The position numbers and the translations under genes were made by a program. A DNA stretch of 64,000 nt from an uncultured Gammaproteobacteria bacterium (GTDB lineage: Bacteria; Pseudomonadota; Gammaproteobacteria; UBA4575), in contig CAJQLY010000002.1 in the NCBI GenBank assembly GCA_905479295.1, positions 7,812-71,811 on the forward strand, given 5' to 3'. How positions within the stretch are numbered: position 1 is the first letter of the stretch; each line of letters begins with the position of its first letter. This document shows, in pieces, positions 1 through 9,375 of this stretch. The notes below the pieces were generated by a model. It made no database searches. It was not told where the DNA came from and saw only the letters and a list, made by a program, of their open reading frames with translations.

Positions 1-249
1 ACTCGGTAGCTGAATGCGTGGCCGCCGTAATAGACCGACACGTTGTTGCCAATAGGTGTAGTGTTGTTTTGGATAGGCATAGACTGCCTTGTCTAAACCA
101 CCATGCACGCTTAAGTCAGCCTGTTGATCGTCAACTAGGTTTTCCTTATTCAGGCGTATAAGACCCTGTGCAGGCTGCTTTGAAATGGCTGAGAGTATCT
201 CGTCCTGAAAGGCCTTAGGTTTGCCTACATGGATGCTTTCGATCTTCAT
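1..249 (-). CDS. MOSC domain-containing protein (YiiM-like), partial; start codon at 247-249, C-terminus runs off the window start
   Basis: Minus-strand translation from 249 reads MKIESIHVGKPKAFQDEILSAISKQPAQGLIRLNKENLVDDQQADLSVHGGLDKAVYAYP..., typical of a MOSC N-terminal beta-barrel. The ORF has no stop before position 1. Confidence 0.5.
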   Translation of the reverse strand, partial: MKIESIHVGKPKAFQDEILSAISKQPAQGLIRLNKENLVDDQQADLSVHGGLDKAVYAYPKQHYTYWQQRVGLLRRPRIQLPS

Positions 250-288
250 GCAAAGGGTACTTTATAATTGAAATTACTGAATATAATC

Positions 289-1286
289 TTAGCTGGTGCT
301 GGCTGAAATGTATAAGGCTAAAGAAGGTTTGTAGGTGCTTTGTATATTGCAGCATAATTCAGTAACACTCGCATTAATGCTCTTTGCCAACAGATTGAAT
401 TCCTGTTGCCGAGAGCTTGATTTGCGCCAGGCTAATACGATATCACGATGTGCGCTATCCGCTAGGCGTTGTGTTTTAATCGCAGTGCCTTGCAGTATGC
501 CGCTATCCACTGCGAGTTCAGGAATAAAACTGATACCTAGGTCACCATCCACCATCTTGACGAGGCTATATAAGTCACTAGCTGAATACCGTTGTGTTGG
601 ATTTTTTTGTGCGATGTTACAGGTGCTAATGACATGATTTTGTAGGCAATGTCCGTCTTCTAAAAGTAAGACATGTTGTTCATTGAGATGGTCTATATCG
701 AAATTATGAGGTGTAATAAACCGTGTCTCTTGATGATAGGCAAGATAAAAGCGATCTTTAAATAAAGGTAATATTTCTACATTATTAAGCTCCATCGGCA
801 GTGCTAAAATCAATAGGTCTAATTCACCGTCTAATAAAGAGCTATGAATAATGTCGGTTTTCCCCTCTTTGATATAAAGGTCAAGCTTGGGGAATTGGGC
901 ATGTATGTCCTTGAGTATATGGGGTAATAGGAAAGGGGGCGACAGTTGGAATAATGCCTACTTTCAATGTACCGGATAAAACTTCTTGGAAATTTCTGCT
1001 GATATCCATCAGCGCTTCAACATCAAATAGTGCAAGTCGCGCCTGAGAAGCAATACTGGAGCCTAGGCTGGTGAATACAGTACTGCGCGACTAGTTTTAT
1101 CGACTAGTGAGGCCTTGAGTAAAGATTCTAAATCTTTATTGCAAGACTGAATGCTGACTGAGATACATGACATGACTGAGCGGCATGTCCAAAGTGTAGA
1201 TGCCGTTCTAGAGCGATCAAATATCTTAACTGCTTGAGTGTAGGGTAAGCCAATGCATAATCATCTAAATAGTTAATTTTATGCAT
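289..1286 (-). pseudogene. oxyR: LysR-family regulator, OxyR-like, interrupted by two frameshifts (stops at 1128-1130 and 1064-1066 in successive frames)
   Basis: The ATG at 1286 opens a LysR HTH, LKQLRYLIALERHLHFGHAAQSCHVSQSAFSLAIK, then hits a stop. The next frame gives KDLESLLKASLVDKTSRAVLYSPA and stops. The third frame gives GSSIASQARLALFDV..GTLKVGIIPTVAPFLLPHI and runs into the listed 174-aa ORF (289..813), which carries the OxyR-type redox cysteine pair EDGHCLQNHVISTC. Confidence 0.55.
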
Positions 1287-1338
1287 TTATATCAATAGTG
1301 ATTAATAATTGCTATGGCATTTATACCTAAATAGGTAT

Positions 1339-1713
1339 CTATTTTGTTTTTTGTAGTATTAGTGACGTTATAAGTACCACCATCGAAGAAAGGCCGATAT
1401 AGGCCCATAGGGTATCCAGTAATAGCATGGATAGACCGAGAGAAAGCCAAATAAACAGAATGACTTTATAAGCGGTTAAGGTGGGTAGTCGCGCATTATT
1501 CTGGAATGTGTTGATAATGGGGCCAAAGTTAGGGTGTTGTAACAACCAGTGATGAAACCGGGGTGAGGACTTAGCAAAACAAGTGGCTGTCAGTAATATG
1601 AAGGGTGTGGTCGGTAGTAGTGGCAGGACGACGCCTGCTATACCCAAAGCTAACGAAATGAAGCCTATGATAATTAATAGGCCACGCTTGGTTTGAGTGC
1701 CTAGATGTCTCAT
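1339..1713 (-). CDS. YbaN/DUF454 family inner membrane protein
   Basis: 124-aa hydrophobic protein. The pattern GFISLALGIAGVVLPLLPTTPFILLTATCFAKSSPRFHHWL matches YbaN. Confidence 0.65.
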   Translation of the reverse strand: MRHLGTQTKRGLLIIIGFISLALGIAGVVLPLLPTTPFILLTATCFAKSSPRFHHWLLQHPNFGPIINTFQNNARLPTLTAYKVILFIWLSLGLSMLLLDTLWAYIGLSSMVVLITSLILQKTK

Positions 1714-1751
1714 TGATGCTGATCATCATGATTCATTGTAGAGCCAATAAT

Positions 1752-2060
1752 TTATTGACTTTCAGCTGTAACAACAAGGTTATGCTGTTCTAGGCCACCC
1801 TGCTGGCTGAAGGCTTCTTCAGGCATAGGGTTTTTATGGGCAAGTTTGAAATCATCACTGCCAACCCAGTTGCGGAAAGCAACCTCATCTTCCCATTCAG
1901 TTAATACAATATAAGGTGCATTTTTACTGAGAGGGCGTAAGACCTGCATGCGGACAAAACCAGACTGTTGCTCTATTTGGCCAGCCCGTACAGTGAAGCG
2001 CTGTTCGAATTCTTCTGCCCATTCGGGCTTTACGTATACTCTATTACTGACAATATGCAT
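1752..2060 (-). CDS. antibiotic biosynthesis monooxygenase (ABM) domain protein
   Basis: 102 aa with an ABM-like ferredoxin-fold pattern (VRMQVLRP..YIVLTEWEDEVAFRNW). Confidence 0.55.
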   Translation of the reverse strand: MHIVSNRVYVKPEWAEEFEQRFTVRAGQIEQQSGFVRMQVLRPLSKNAPYIVLTEWEDEVAFRNWVGSDDFKLAHKNPMPEEAFSQQGGLEQHNLVVTAESQ

Positions 2061-2239
2061 GACAACAGGTCTTATTGGTTAAGTTATAAGGGTGCTAGTG
2101 TGGCAAAGCTAAGCGATTAGCTCCAGCCCTTGTTTGGCCTGAGGGCTTGAAATAGACTGAAGCTGTGTAATTGATACAAAAACCCACATAATTTAGTTTT
2201 AGCTGACTTTAGCAGCTTACGAGTGACCTAAGAATCGAT

Positions 2240-5200
2240 ATGACTAGTCCACATCGCTCGCTACTGGCTAGCCGCCGCTTCCTGCCTTTGTTTTGCGTCC
2301 AATTTCTGGGTGCGTTTAACGACAATATCTTCCGCTTCGCCCTGTTAACACTAATTACCTATCAGTTTAGTCAGACTGAAGGCTTTGATCCAGCAAAGTT
2401 GACGATGTTGGCTGCTGGCTTATTTATTCTGCCTTTCTTCTTGTTTTCGGCGAGTGCGGGCCTGCTGGCAGATCGTTATTCAAAGACGCTATGTGTTCGC
2501 TATATCAAACTCTTTGAGCTACTTATTATGCTCCTTGCAGCCTTAGCGTTAAACCAGCAATGGTGGTATCTACTGTTCTTCTGTCTGGCCTTAACTGGTT
2601 TGCAGTCAGCATTGTTTGGGCCAGTAAAGTACGCCATTTTGCCGCAGCTGTTATCACGTCAGGAATTACTCTCTGGTAATGCTTGGGTGACCGCTGGCAC
2701 GTTTGTTTCGGTGCTCCTAGGGACTATGTTAGGTGGTCTGCTGATTATGGTCGAGAGTGGCCGTTTATGGGTTGCTGTTGCACTTTGTGCGGTGGCTTTG
2801 CTTGGTTATTTGGCAAGTCTCTTAATACCTCAAACACTACCAGGAAATAATAAAACAGCACTGTCATTCAACTTTATTGCGAGTACCGCACGAGTCATCA
2901 GGAGTGGTTTTTCAAATACTGAAATTCGTCCTGTGATGTTGGCAATTTCCTGCTTTTGGCTATTCGCCTATGTTATTCAGAGTCAATTGGCACCGATGTG
3001 CCTACAATTATTGGCCGCAGATGAAAGTGTGACGGTGCTATTTTTAATCCTATTTACACTAGGCATCGCTACTGGCTGCCTGCTGTGTGGTCGACTGTTG
3101 AGAGGCAAGATCAGCCTACGTTGGGTGCCATTGGCAGCAATTGCCATGTCCTTATTTTGTTTCGATCTCTATCTTTTTGTCAGTAGCCATGAAAAAACGA
3201 CAGGCCCTCTATTAGCATGGCGCTATGTTCTTGCTGAGCCACACTATTGGCGTCTCATTTTAGATATTTTTCTGGTTGCATTAGCCGCTGGATTTTATAT
3301 TGTGCCGTTGTATAGCTATCTGCAACAGAGTGTCGATGAGGGTATGCGTGCGCAGGTGATCGCAGCGAATAATATTCTCAATGCCTTGTTTATGGTGGCA
3401 GCATCAATCATGGTCATCGCGGCACTATCCAGTGGTTTTGATCTAGCTGATATTTTTTTCTTTCTGGCCTTGTTTAATTTGAGTGGCGTGTTTTTCATGA
3501 TTAAAAATATACGAGACTTCTTGACTCACTTAGACCGTCTATTGTTACGCCTATTCTTCCGTTTTGAAGTGCGTGGTTTAGAGCACTATCCGAAAGATAA
3601 TACACCAACCGTTATCGTTGCTAACCATGTGTCGTTTTTAGATGGCCCCTTATTGGTAGCGGCATTGCCTGAGTTACCAATTTTTGCGATTAATCGGGAG
3701 GTGAATCAAAAATGGTGGGCGAGTATTTTCACCCGTTTTTATGAGATGTTCCCATTAGATTCAGCTAAGCCTATGGCAGTTAAGAGTCTGATCAAAATGC
3801 TACGTCAGGGACGTAAAGTTGTAATCTTCCCAGAGGGACGAATCAGTAATACAGGTCATTTGATGAAGCTCTATGATGGACCGGGTAAGATTGCAGATAT
3901 TGCTGGTGCACAGTTATTGCCAGTACGTATTGATGGTGCACAATATACGTCCTTCAGCCGTCTACATGGGGTGAAAAAGTTACGCTGGTTTACCAAAGTG
4001 ACAGTGACCATTTGTAAACCGCAGGCCTTAAATATGGCAGCTGAATTACATGGCAAGGCACGGGTGGCAAGCTTGCGTGATCGTGTCTATCAGGTAATGA
4101 CTGAGATGATGTTGCAAACCTCAGTACCTAAACAAACATTATTTCAAAGCCTACAAGCCTCGTTACGCTGTAATGGTCGTAGTTACACGATTCTGGAGGA
4201 TATTAACCGTCAGAGCATTACCCTGGGTAAGACACAGTTAGCGAGTTTGGTTTTGGCAAATGCCTTGCGTCCAATGCTACAGGCTAAACAACCTGTGGGT
4301 GTTCTGTTGCCAAACACTATTCCTACAGCTATCTGCTTTTATGCACTGCAGTCACAGGGAAGAGTGGCGGCTATGCTCAATTTTTCAGTTGGACGTGCTG
4401 CCTTGCGTGCCGCTATAGAAACCGCTGAAATTAAACAGGTGATTAGCTCACGCCGATTTATTGAGTTGGCTGAGTTGGGTGAGTTGATAGCTGAGATTGA
4501 AGACTTGGTTGATATCATTTACTTAGAAGATGTTAAGGCTGTCATTAGTTTGCAGGATAAATTAGCTGCGTTGTTTACTGTTGCCACAGGCTTTGGTCTA
4601 CAATGTGATCAAGGTGATTGTCATGATCCTGCAGTTATCTTATTTACTTCGGGTTCAGAAGGCATGCCAAAGGCCGTTGTCTTAAGTCATCATAACTTGC
4701 TGTCGAACCAGGCACAGGTGAATACGGTGATGGATTTTGTGCCACAGGATTGTTTTTTTAATGCCTTACCGTTATTCCACTCTTTTGGTCTGGGGGTTGG
4801 TTTGATTCTGCCGGTTGCTAGTGGCATTCGTACATTCCTTTACCCAACACCACTACATTTCAAGCAGATTCCTGACATGGTTTATGATATAGGTGCTAGT
4901 GTCATCTTTGGCACCGATACCTTCTTATCTGGCTATGCTAGACATGCTACAGCGCAGGATTTCAAATCACTTCGTTATGTTATTGCTGGTGCAGAAAAGC
5001 TTAAGGCAAGCACACGTGAGTTGTGGCTGAAAAAATATGGTAAACGCATTCATGAGGGTTATGGTTTAACTGAAACCTCTCCAGCATTGAGCATCAATAC
5101 GGATGCCTATGGTAAAGAAGGTAGTGTGGGTAAGTTATTACCAGGGATAGAGCATCGCTTAGAAAAAGTCGAAGGTATTGAACAGGGACGTAGGCTCTGG

Positions 5201-5653
5201 GTACGAGGTGCCAATGTTATGTTGGGTTATATGAAACACCAATGTCCGGGAGTGCTACAAGCGCCTGAAGATGGCTGGCATGATAGTGGTGATATTGTAT
5301 CAATTGATACAGATGGCTTTTTGCACATTGTGGGCCGTGCAAAACGCTTTGCTAAAATAGGTGGGGAAATGGTTTCTTTGGCGCAGCTAGAACAGTGGCT
5401 GGCAGCCGAGCTACCTGAGGCTGATCACTGTCTGGTTGCAGTTGAAGATGAACGCAAAGGTGAGAGGTTGGTGCTGCTAACGACCCACGTTGGATTGCAA
5501 CGTCAGCAGTTGCAAAAGATTATCCAAGCGTTTGGTGGCTCTGAGTTAATGTTGCCACGGACAATACTCTACAGAGATGTATTGCCTCTACTCGGTAGTG
5601 GTAAGTTTGATTATGCGACGATGCAGCAGATTGCTCAGCAGGTATCAGACTAA
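2240..5653 (+). CDS. aas: Fused lysophospholipid transporter LplT (MFS), 2-acylglycerophosphoethanolamine acyltransferase and acyl-ACP synthetase (Aas)
   Basis: 1137 aa in three parts. The N-terminal ~400 aa is a 12-TM MFS protein. The middle has a PlsC-type acyltransferase motif (ANHVSFLDGP..FPEGRIS). The C-terminal part is an AMP-binding domain (ILFTSGSEGMPKAVVLSHHNL, GYGLTETSP). Confidence 0.85.
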   Translation: MTSPHRSLLASRRFLPLFCVQFLGAFNDNIFRFALLTLITYQFSQTEGFDPAKLTMLAAGLFILPFFLFSASAGLLADRYSKTLCVRYIKLFELLIMLLAALALNQQWWYLLFFCLALTGLQSALFGPVKYAILPQLLSRQELLSGNAWVTAGTFVSVLLGTMLGGLLIMVESGRLWVAVALCAVALLGYLASLLIPQTLPGNNKTALSFNFIASTARVIRSGFSNTEIRPVMLAISCFWLFAYVIQSQLAPMCLQLLAADESVTVLFLILFTLGIATGCLLCGRLLRGKISLRWVPLAAIAMSLFCFDLYLFVSSHEKTTGPLLAWRYVLAEPHYWRLILDIFLVALAAGFYIVPLYSYLQQSVDEGMRAQVIAANNILNALFMVAASIMVIAALSSGFDLADIFFFLALFNLSGVFFMIKNIRDFLTHLDRLLLRLFFRFEVRGLEHYPKDNTPTVIVANHVSFLDGPLLVAALPELPIFAINREVNQKWWASIFTRFYEMFPLDSAKPMAVKSLIKMLRQGRKVVIFPEGRISNTGHLMKLYDGPGKIADIAGAQLLPVRIDGAQYTSFSRLHGVKKLRWFTKVTVTICKPQALNMAAELHGKARVASLRDRVYQVMTEMMLQTSVPKQTLFQSLQASLRCNGRSYTILEDINRQSITLGKTQLASLVLANALRPMLQAKQPVGVLLPNTIPTAICFYALQSQGRVAAMLNFSVGRAALRAAIETAEIKQVISSRRFIELAELGELIAEIEDLVDIIYLEDVKAVISLQDKLAALFTVATGFGLQCDQGDCHDPAVILFTSGSEGMPKAVVLSHHNLLSNQAQVNTVMDFVPQDCFFNALPLFHSFGLGVGLILPVASGIRTFLYPTPLHFKQIPDMVYDIGASVIFGTDTFLSGYARHATAQDFKSLRYVIAGAEKLKASTRELWLKKYGKRIHEGYGLTETSPALSINTDAYGKEGSVGKLLPGIEHRLEKVEGIEQGRRLWVRGANVMLGYMKHQCPGVLQAPEDGWHDSGDIVSIDTDGFLHIVGRAKRFAKIGGEMVSLAQLEQWLAAELPEADHCLVAVEDERKGERLVLLTTHVGLQRQQLQKIIQAFGGSELMLPRTILYRDVLPLLGSGKFDYATMQQIAQQVSD

Positions 5654-5667
5654 GTCTATTACTTGGC

Positions 5668-6486
5668 CTACTGTTCGAGTAACTTTTGCCAAGCGATACT
5701 GCTATCAGCAAAGACCAGGAAGCCTGGGTTTAAAAGTGATTCTTTATTGTACTGCAAGGGTTCTAATTGCAGATTAGTGAGGAAGCCACCGGCTTCTTCA
5801 ACGATGCTTTGAGCGGCTGCAGTGTCCCATTCCCAAGTGGGGCCAAAGCGTGGGTAGAGATCAATGCTACCCTCTGCAACGAGGCAGGACTTGAGTGAGC
5901 TGCCTCTTCTAAGCATTTCTTGCCCACCAAGACGTTGTATAAAATTGATCAATTTCTCACTCTGGGTTGAGCGACCACCACAAATCCGCATCGGCTGTTG
6001 TGCTTGTGTGGCAACCTGAATTGGCTGAGGTGCTTGCTGCCCGATTTGCTTGCTTGCCCCTAGGCCGCTAGCTGCCGCATAGAGTACTTTATCAGCAGGT
6101 AGATAGATGACGCCTAGGATAGGTTTTTGTTGATCGATGAGAGCGATGTTTACGGTGAAATCAGGTCGGTCATTAATAAATTCACGGGTGCCATCGAGTG
6201 GATCAACCAACCAGAATGGCCCCCATTGTTTACGCTCCGCAAAATCATATAACTCGGACTCTTCCGATAAGATGGGTAGTTGTGGTGAAATTTTGTCTAG
6301 GCCTTGTTGAATGGTTTGATTGGCGGCCAGATCAGCAGAGGTGACTGGTGATTTATCTTCTTTGCGGAAGACTTCATACCCTGAGCGATAGTATTGGAGT
6401 ATGGCTTCACCTGCTTGCCTAGCAATTTCGCTAGTTGCCTGTAGTAAGTGGCTTAAATCGTTAGCATCAAAATTTGTTTTTGCCAT
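5668..6486 (-). CDS. cysQ: 3'(2'),5'-bisphosphate nucleotidase CysQ (inositol monophosphatase family)
   Basis: Carries the WLVDPLDGTREFI motif and the overall IMPase fold pattern. Confidence 0.8.
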   Translation of the reverse strand: MAKTNFDANDLSHLLQATSEIARQAGEAILQYYRSGYEVFRKEDKSPVTSADLAANQTIQQGLDKISPQLPILSEESELYDFAERKQWGPFWLVDPLDGTREFINDRPDFTVNIALIDQQKPILGVIYLPADKVLYAAASGLGASKQIGQQAPQPIQVATQAQQPMRICGGRSTQSEKLINFIQRLGGQEMLRRGSSLKSCLVAEGSIDLYPRFGPTWEWDTAAAQSIVEEAGGFLTNLQLEPLQYNKESLLNPGFLVFADSSIAWQKLLEQ

Positions 6487-6616
6487 GGTTAGCTACTACC
6501 CCATACTCTGTTGTGGCTGGATAGATGTTGCTATGGTCTTATGTAGCGGCATGGACACTATCTCGGGCAGCGAAAATGAATAACCTAATTGTAGCTTATG
6601 GAGAAGCTGAGCGCTG

Positions 6617-7291
6617 ATGAATTCTTTCTTAGATTGGCAGAATATTGATACAGTTCTATTGGATATGGATGGGACTTTAATGGATCTGGGTTTTGATAAT
6701 TTCTTTTGGCATGAGTTTTTACCAGCACGCTATGCACAATTACATGGACTCGCTTTGGAACCGGTGAAGGCCGATCTAATTGCTCGTTATCGGGCAAAGA
6801 GTGGTAGCTTGCAGTTTTACTGTACGGATTACTGGAGTGCAGAATTAGGTCTAGATATAGTCAGTATGAAGCATGAAGTGGATGAGCATATTCAACTGTT
6901 CCCACTAGTTACTGATTTTTTGATGTGGTTACGGGATAGTGATAGGCGAGTAGTGCTGTGTACTAATGCACATCTGGATATTGTTGAGATCAAAATGGCT
7001 AAGACCGGTATCTCCCATCACTTTGATCGCATTATTTCCTCTCACAGCTATGGCCACGCAAAAGAATCACAGCAGTTTTGGGAGCACTTACAGCAGGATG
7101 AAAAGCCTAACTTAGAGCGTACGTTGCTAGTGGATGATAATGTTCATGTGCTATCTGCAGCAGAACAATATGGGGTGGCTCATTTGATTAGTATTTGGCG
7201 ACCAGATAGTACTGAGCCAATACAAGATACGGCCGGCTTTGCTGCGATTAACGATTTTGCTGACCTAGTGCCCGAGTTGCGTGAAGTTTAG
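6617..7291 (+). CDS. HAD-superfamily hydrolase (YrfG-like nucleotidase)
   Basis: HAD motif I near the N-terminus (LLDMDGTLMD). 224 aa. Confidence 0.65.
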   Translation: MNSFLDWQNIDTVLLDMDGTLMDLGFDNFFWHEFLPARYAQLHGLALEPVKADLIARYRAKSGSLQFYCTDYWSAELGLDIVSMKHEVDEHIQLFPLVTDFLMWLRDSDRRVVLCTNAHLDIVEIKMAKTGISHHFDRIISSHSYGHAKESQQFWEHLQQDEKPNLERTLLVDDNVHVLSAAEQYGVAHLISIWRPDSTEPIQDTAGFAAINDFADLVPELREV

Positions 7292-7746
7292 CCACGCTGC
7301 CATGTTTTGAAGCGTTTCTTGCAGTAGGTTAAAAGTTCATCATAGTTGCGGAAATAGAGGTCAAAGCCCTCGCTAGGAGCGGCATCAAACTCACAGTAGT
7401 CATTGTCGTAGCTACGGCAGATTTCAGGTCTGGTCTCATAAATGCCACAGCGTCCATCGCCTTGTATATGCTCACAGCGTGCCGCAATGAGTAAATACCA
7501 GCCGTCTTCATCTTTATAAATCTCAATATTTTTATGTGAGATTTGCCACAGTAAGTGTTCAAACTCAGATTTTTTTCTTGGTGTGTCGATCAGTTGCGTA
7601 ATATAGGTGCAGCAAATCGTATTGGTGCAAAAGCCACACTTATTTTCAGCAGTTATTTTAATGCTGGGGTCTAAAGATTTTTTGATGTCGGCAAAGCGAA
7701 CAACGCTAGTCATGAGGGTTATTCCTATGAGCCGGATTGGTCCCAA
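7288..7746 (-). CDS. YkgJ/FliB-family cysteine-cluster protein (CxxCxxCC putative Zn/Fe-chelating domain); true start possibly 7713
   Basis: Has CGFCTNTICC plus CEHIQGDGRCGIYETRPEICRSY, which matches the PF03692 pattern. The listed start overlaps the upstream gene by 22 nt. An internal Met at 7713 would remove the overlap. Confidence 0.6.
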   Translation of the reverse strand: MGPIRLIGITLMTSVVRFADIKKSLDPSIKITAENKCGFCTNTICCTYITQLIDTPRKKSEFEHLLWQISHKNIEIYKDEDGWYLLIAARCEHIQGDGRCGIYETRPEICRSYDNDYCEFDAAPSEGFDLYFRNYDELLTYCKKRFKTWQRG

Positions 7747-8111
7747 GCATAAGCACAGTCTAGTTCAGAGCGAACCTGCTTTAGACCGTCTACATCGACT
7801 ACGATTAGCTCAATTGGACGCTTATTTTGGAATCGCCGGTGTGGCGTATGTAACCAACGTGAGCCCATATAGGCATTACGCGGGAAGGTGGTGCGTAGTG
7901 CTTCTGCAATGCCAGCGATATGCTCGATGCGCACAGCAGTTTGCTCACCTTTAGGAAAGGGATCACCTTTTCTAAACTTATCTAAATGACGTAGGCGTAC
8001 TTTACTGGGTAGATCTAAAACATGCAGGATTTGATTCCCATCTAAACCCCATTCATCTAACAGGCGCATAACATTGCTTGCGATTGCGCTCTCTACATCG
8101 GCTTCGTTCAT
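7725..8111 (-). CDS. DUF2384-like (Xre/MbcA/ParS antitoxin C-terminal domain-like) protein
   Basis: The C-terminal RWLHTPHRRFQNKRPIELIVVDVDGLKQV fits the W-L-x-P-N-x(4)-G-x-P-l-x-l and G-x(3)-V motif of DUF2384. The assignment comes from remembered consensus only. Confidence 0.4.
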   Translation of the reverse strand: MNEADVESAIASNVMRLLDEWGLDGNQILHVLDLPSKVRLRHLDKFRKGDPFPKGEQTAVRIEHIAGIAEALRTTFPRNAYMGSRWLHTPHRRFQNKRPIELIVVDVDGLKQVRSELDCAYAWDQSGS

Positions 8112-8124
8112 GATTGTTTAGTAT

Positions 8125-8445
8125 CTAGTGCTTAGGGTCTTTATCACTAGGACCTTTACTGATAGATTTTTTCAGCGAATCCATTGACACTACTGTCGTA
8201 GTCTTCGGCTCATCAGCGTAACGTGGCTGAAGAAGCTCTAAGTCGATGCCTAGCTCCTCTGATAACTCGCGTTCACGTGCAGAGATCAGGCCAAAACATT
8301 GGCGGATGTCTTCTATCGTTGTCTCGCTAAGGACATTACGCATACCAGGGCCACTAGGTGCGGTATCCTTTACAATGGCCGCAAGTACTTTACGCATAGT
8401 AAGCAAGATTCGTTGTTCTTTACTGGGTTTTTTGTCGTCTGTCAT
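8125..8445 (-). CDS. hypothetical protein (106 aa, charged); first gene of a 3-gene minus-strand operon
   Basis: ORF with a 13-nt gap to the next gene. I do not recognise the family. Confidence 0.45.
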   Translation of the reverse strand: MTDDKKPSKEQRILLTMRKVLAAIVKDTAPSGPGMRNVLSETTIEDIRQCFGLISARERELSEELGIDLELLQPRYADEPKTTTVVSMDSLKKSISKGPSDKDPKH

Positions 8446-8574
8446 GTCTACAGATATCTATTGAGTTTGTTGTTTTCTTGAGGTTTTCAGTGTTCAAGCA
8501 TAGCATGCCTCTAAGTCGATCGCGTAGGGCTGTAAAGGGTGATTATATTGAATACTCAAAAAGAGGATTTGTTT

Positions 8575-8886
8575 ATGGCTGATACTAGGATTAAGTTTTC
8601 TCCAGGTGATATCGTTAAACACGAAAAATTTCACTATCGTGGGGTTATCTTTGATGTTGACCTTATATTTGAGGGGAGTGAGGAGTGGTATGAGCAGGTT
8701 GCACTATCACGCCCGCTGAAAGATGCGCCTTGGTACCATGTATTAGTCGATGGATCGAAGGAAGTCACTTATGTGGCAGAACGGCATATAGCTTTATCAG
8801 ATGATTTCAGTGGGATTAATCATCCTTTGGTTAAAGAATTATTTATCGGCCTAGTTGGCCAACATTATCAGGTATATCAACAATAA
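8575..8886 (+). CDS. hspQ: heat shock protein HspQ (YccV-like hemimethylated-DNA-binding domain)
   Basis: KFSPGDIVKHEKFHYRGVIFDVD...APWYHVLVDG matches HspQ. The ATG at 8575 has an AGAGGA Shine-Dalgarno sequence. The track's GTG start at 8539 is less likely. Confidence 0.8.
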   Translation: MADTRIKFSPGDIVKHEKFHYRGVIFDVDLIFEGSEEWYEQVALSRPLKDAPWYHVLVDGSKEVTYVAERHIALSDDFSGINHPLVKELFIGLVGQHYQVYQQ

Positions 8887-8891
8887 CTATT

Positions 8892-9359
8892 ATGTTTAAA
8901 AAAATTGAACAGTGGCTCAGTAGCACACTTAAAAAGAAGGTCGAGGAAGACGATAAACGCACCACGGATTTAGCAGCAGCGATGCTTATGTTGGAAATTA
9001 GCCGTGCTGATTTAAAGATTGTCGACAGTGAAAAACAGGCGATAGTGAAAAATTTAGTCACTCAGTTTGATTTATCAGATGAAGAGGCTATTGCCTTGCT
9101 AGAACATGCAATGTCAGATCAGGATCAGCAACTTTCAGCACATCCGTTGATACGTATGATCAATGATGAGATGGATATTGAAGCTAGACGAGAATTAATG
9201 CGAGGGATGTGGCGAGTTGCTTATGCGGATGGAGAGCTTGAAAAGCATGAGGAATATCATCTTCGTAAAACTGCCGATTGGCTCTATCTCTCGCATACTG
9301 ACTTTATGAAAAGTAAGCATGCAGTGATGGACGAGTTAGATATTCCCCATGAAGTCTGA
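8892..9359 (+). CDS. TerB-family (tellurite-resistance TerB-like) protein
   Basis: 155 aa with a TerB-like helical pattern (DLAAAMLMLEISRADLKIVDSEKQAIV...MWRVAYADGELEKHEE). Confidence 0.55.
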   Translation: MFKKIEQWLSSTLKKKVEEDDKRTTDLAAAMLMLEISRADLKIVDSEKQAIVKNLVTQFDLSDEEAIALLEHAMSDQDQQLSAHPLIRMINDEMDIEARRELMRGMWRVAYADGELEKHEEYHLRKTADWLYLSHTDFMKSKHAVMDELDIPHEV

Positions 9360-9375
9360 GGCGTGAATAACGCCT
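9359..9375. terminator. short hairpin (AGGCGT-GAATA-ACGCCT) between convergent genes
   Basis: 6-bp stem sitting exactly between the TerB-like stop and the HU-like stop. Confidence 0.35.

Noticed and set aside
335-637. 100-aa + strand ORF
   Set aside because: Antisense to, and wholly inside, the OxyR-like C-terminal coding region. No independent support.
3316-4056. Two small minus-strand ORFs (3316-3498, 3871-4056)
   Set aside because: Embedded antisense in the well-supported 1137-aa aas fusion gene.
6585-6797. 70-aa minus-strand ORF
   Set aside because: Overlaps the start of the HAD hydrolase gene on the opposite strand; low-complexity.
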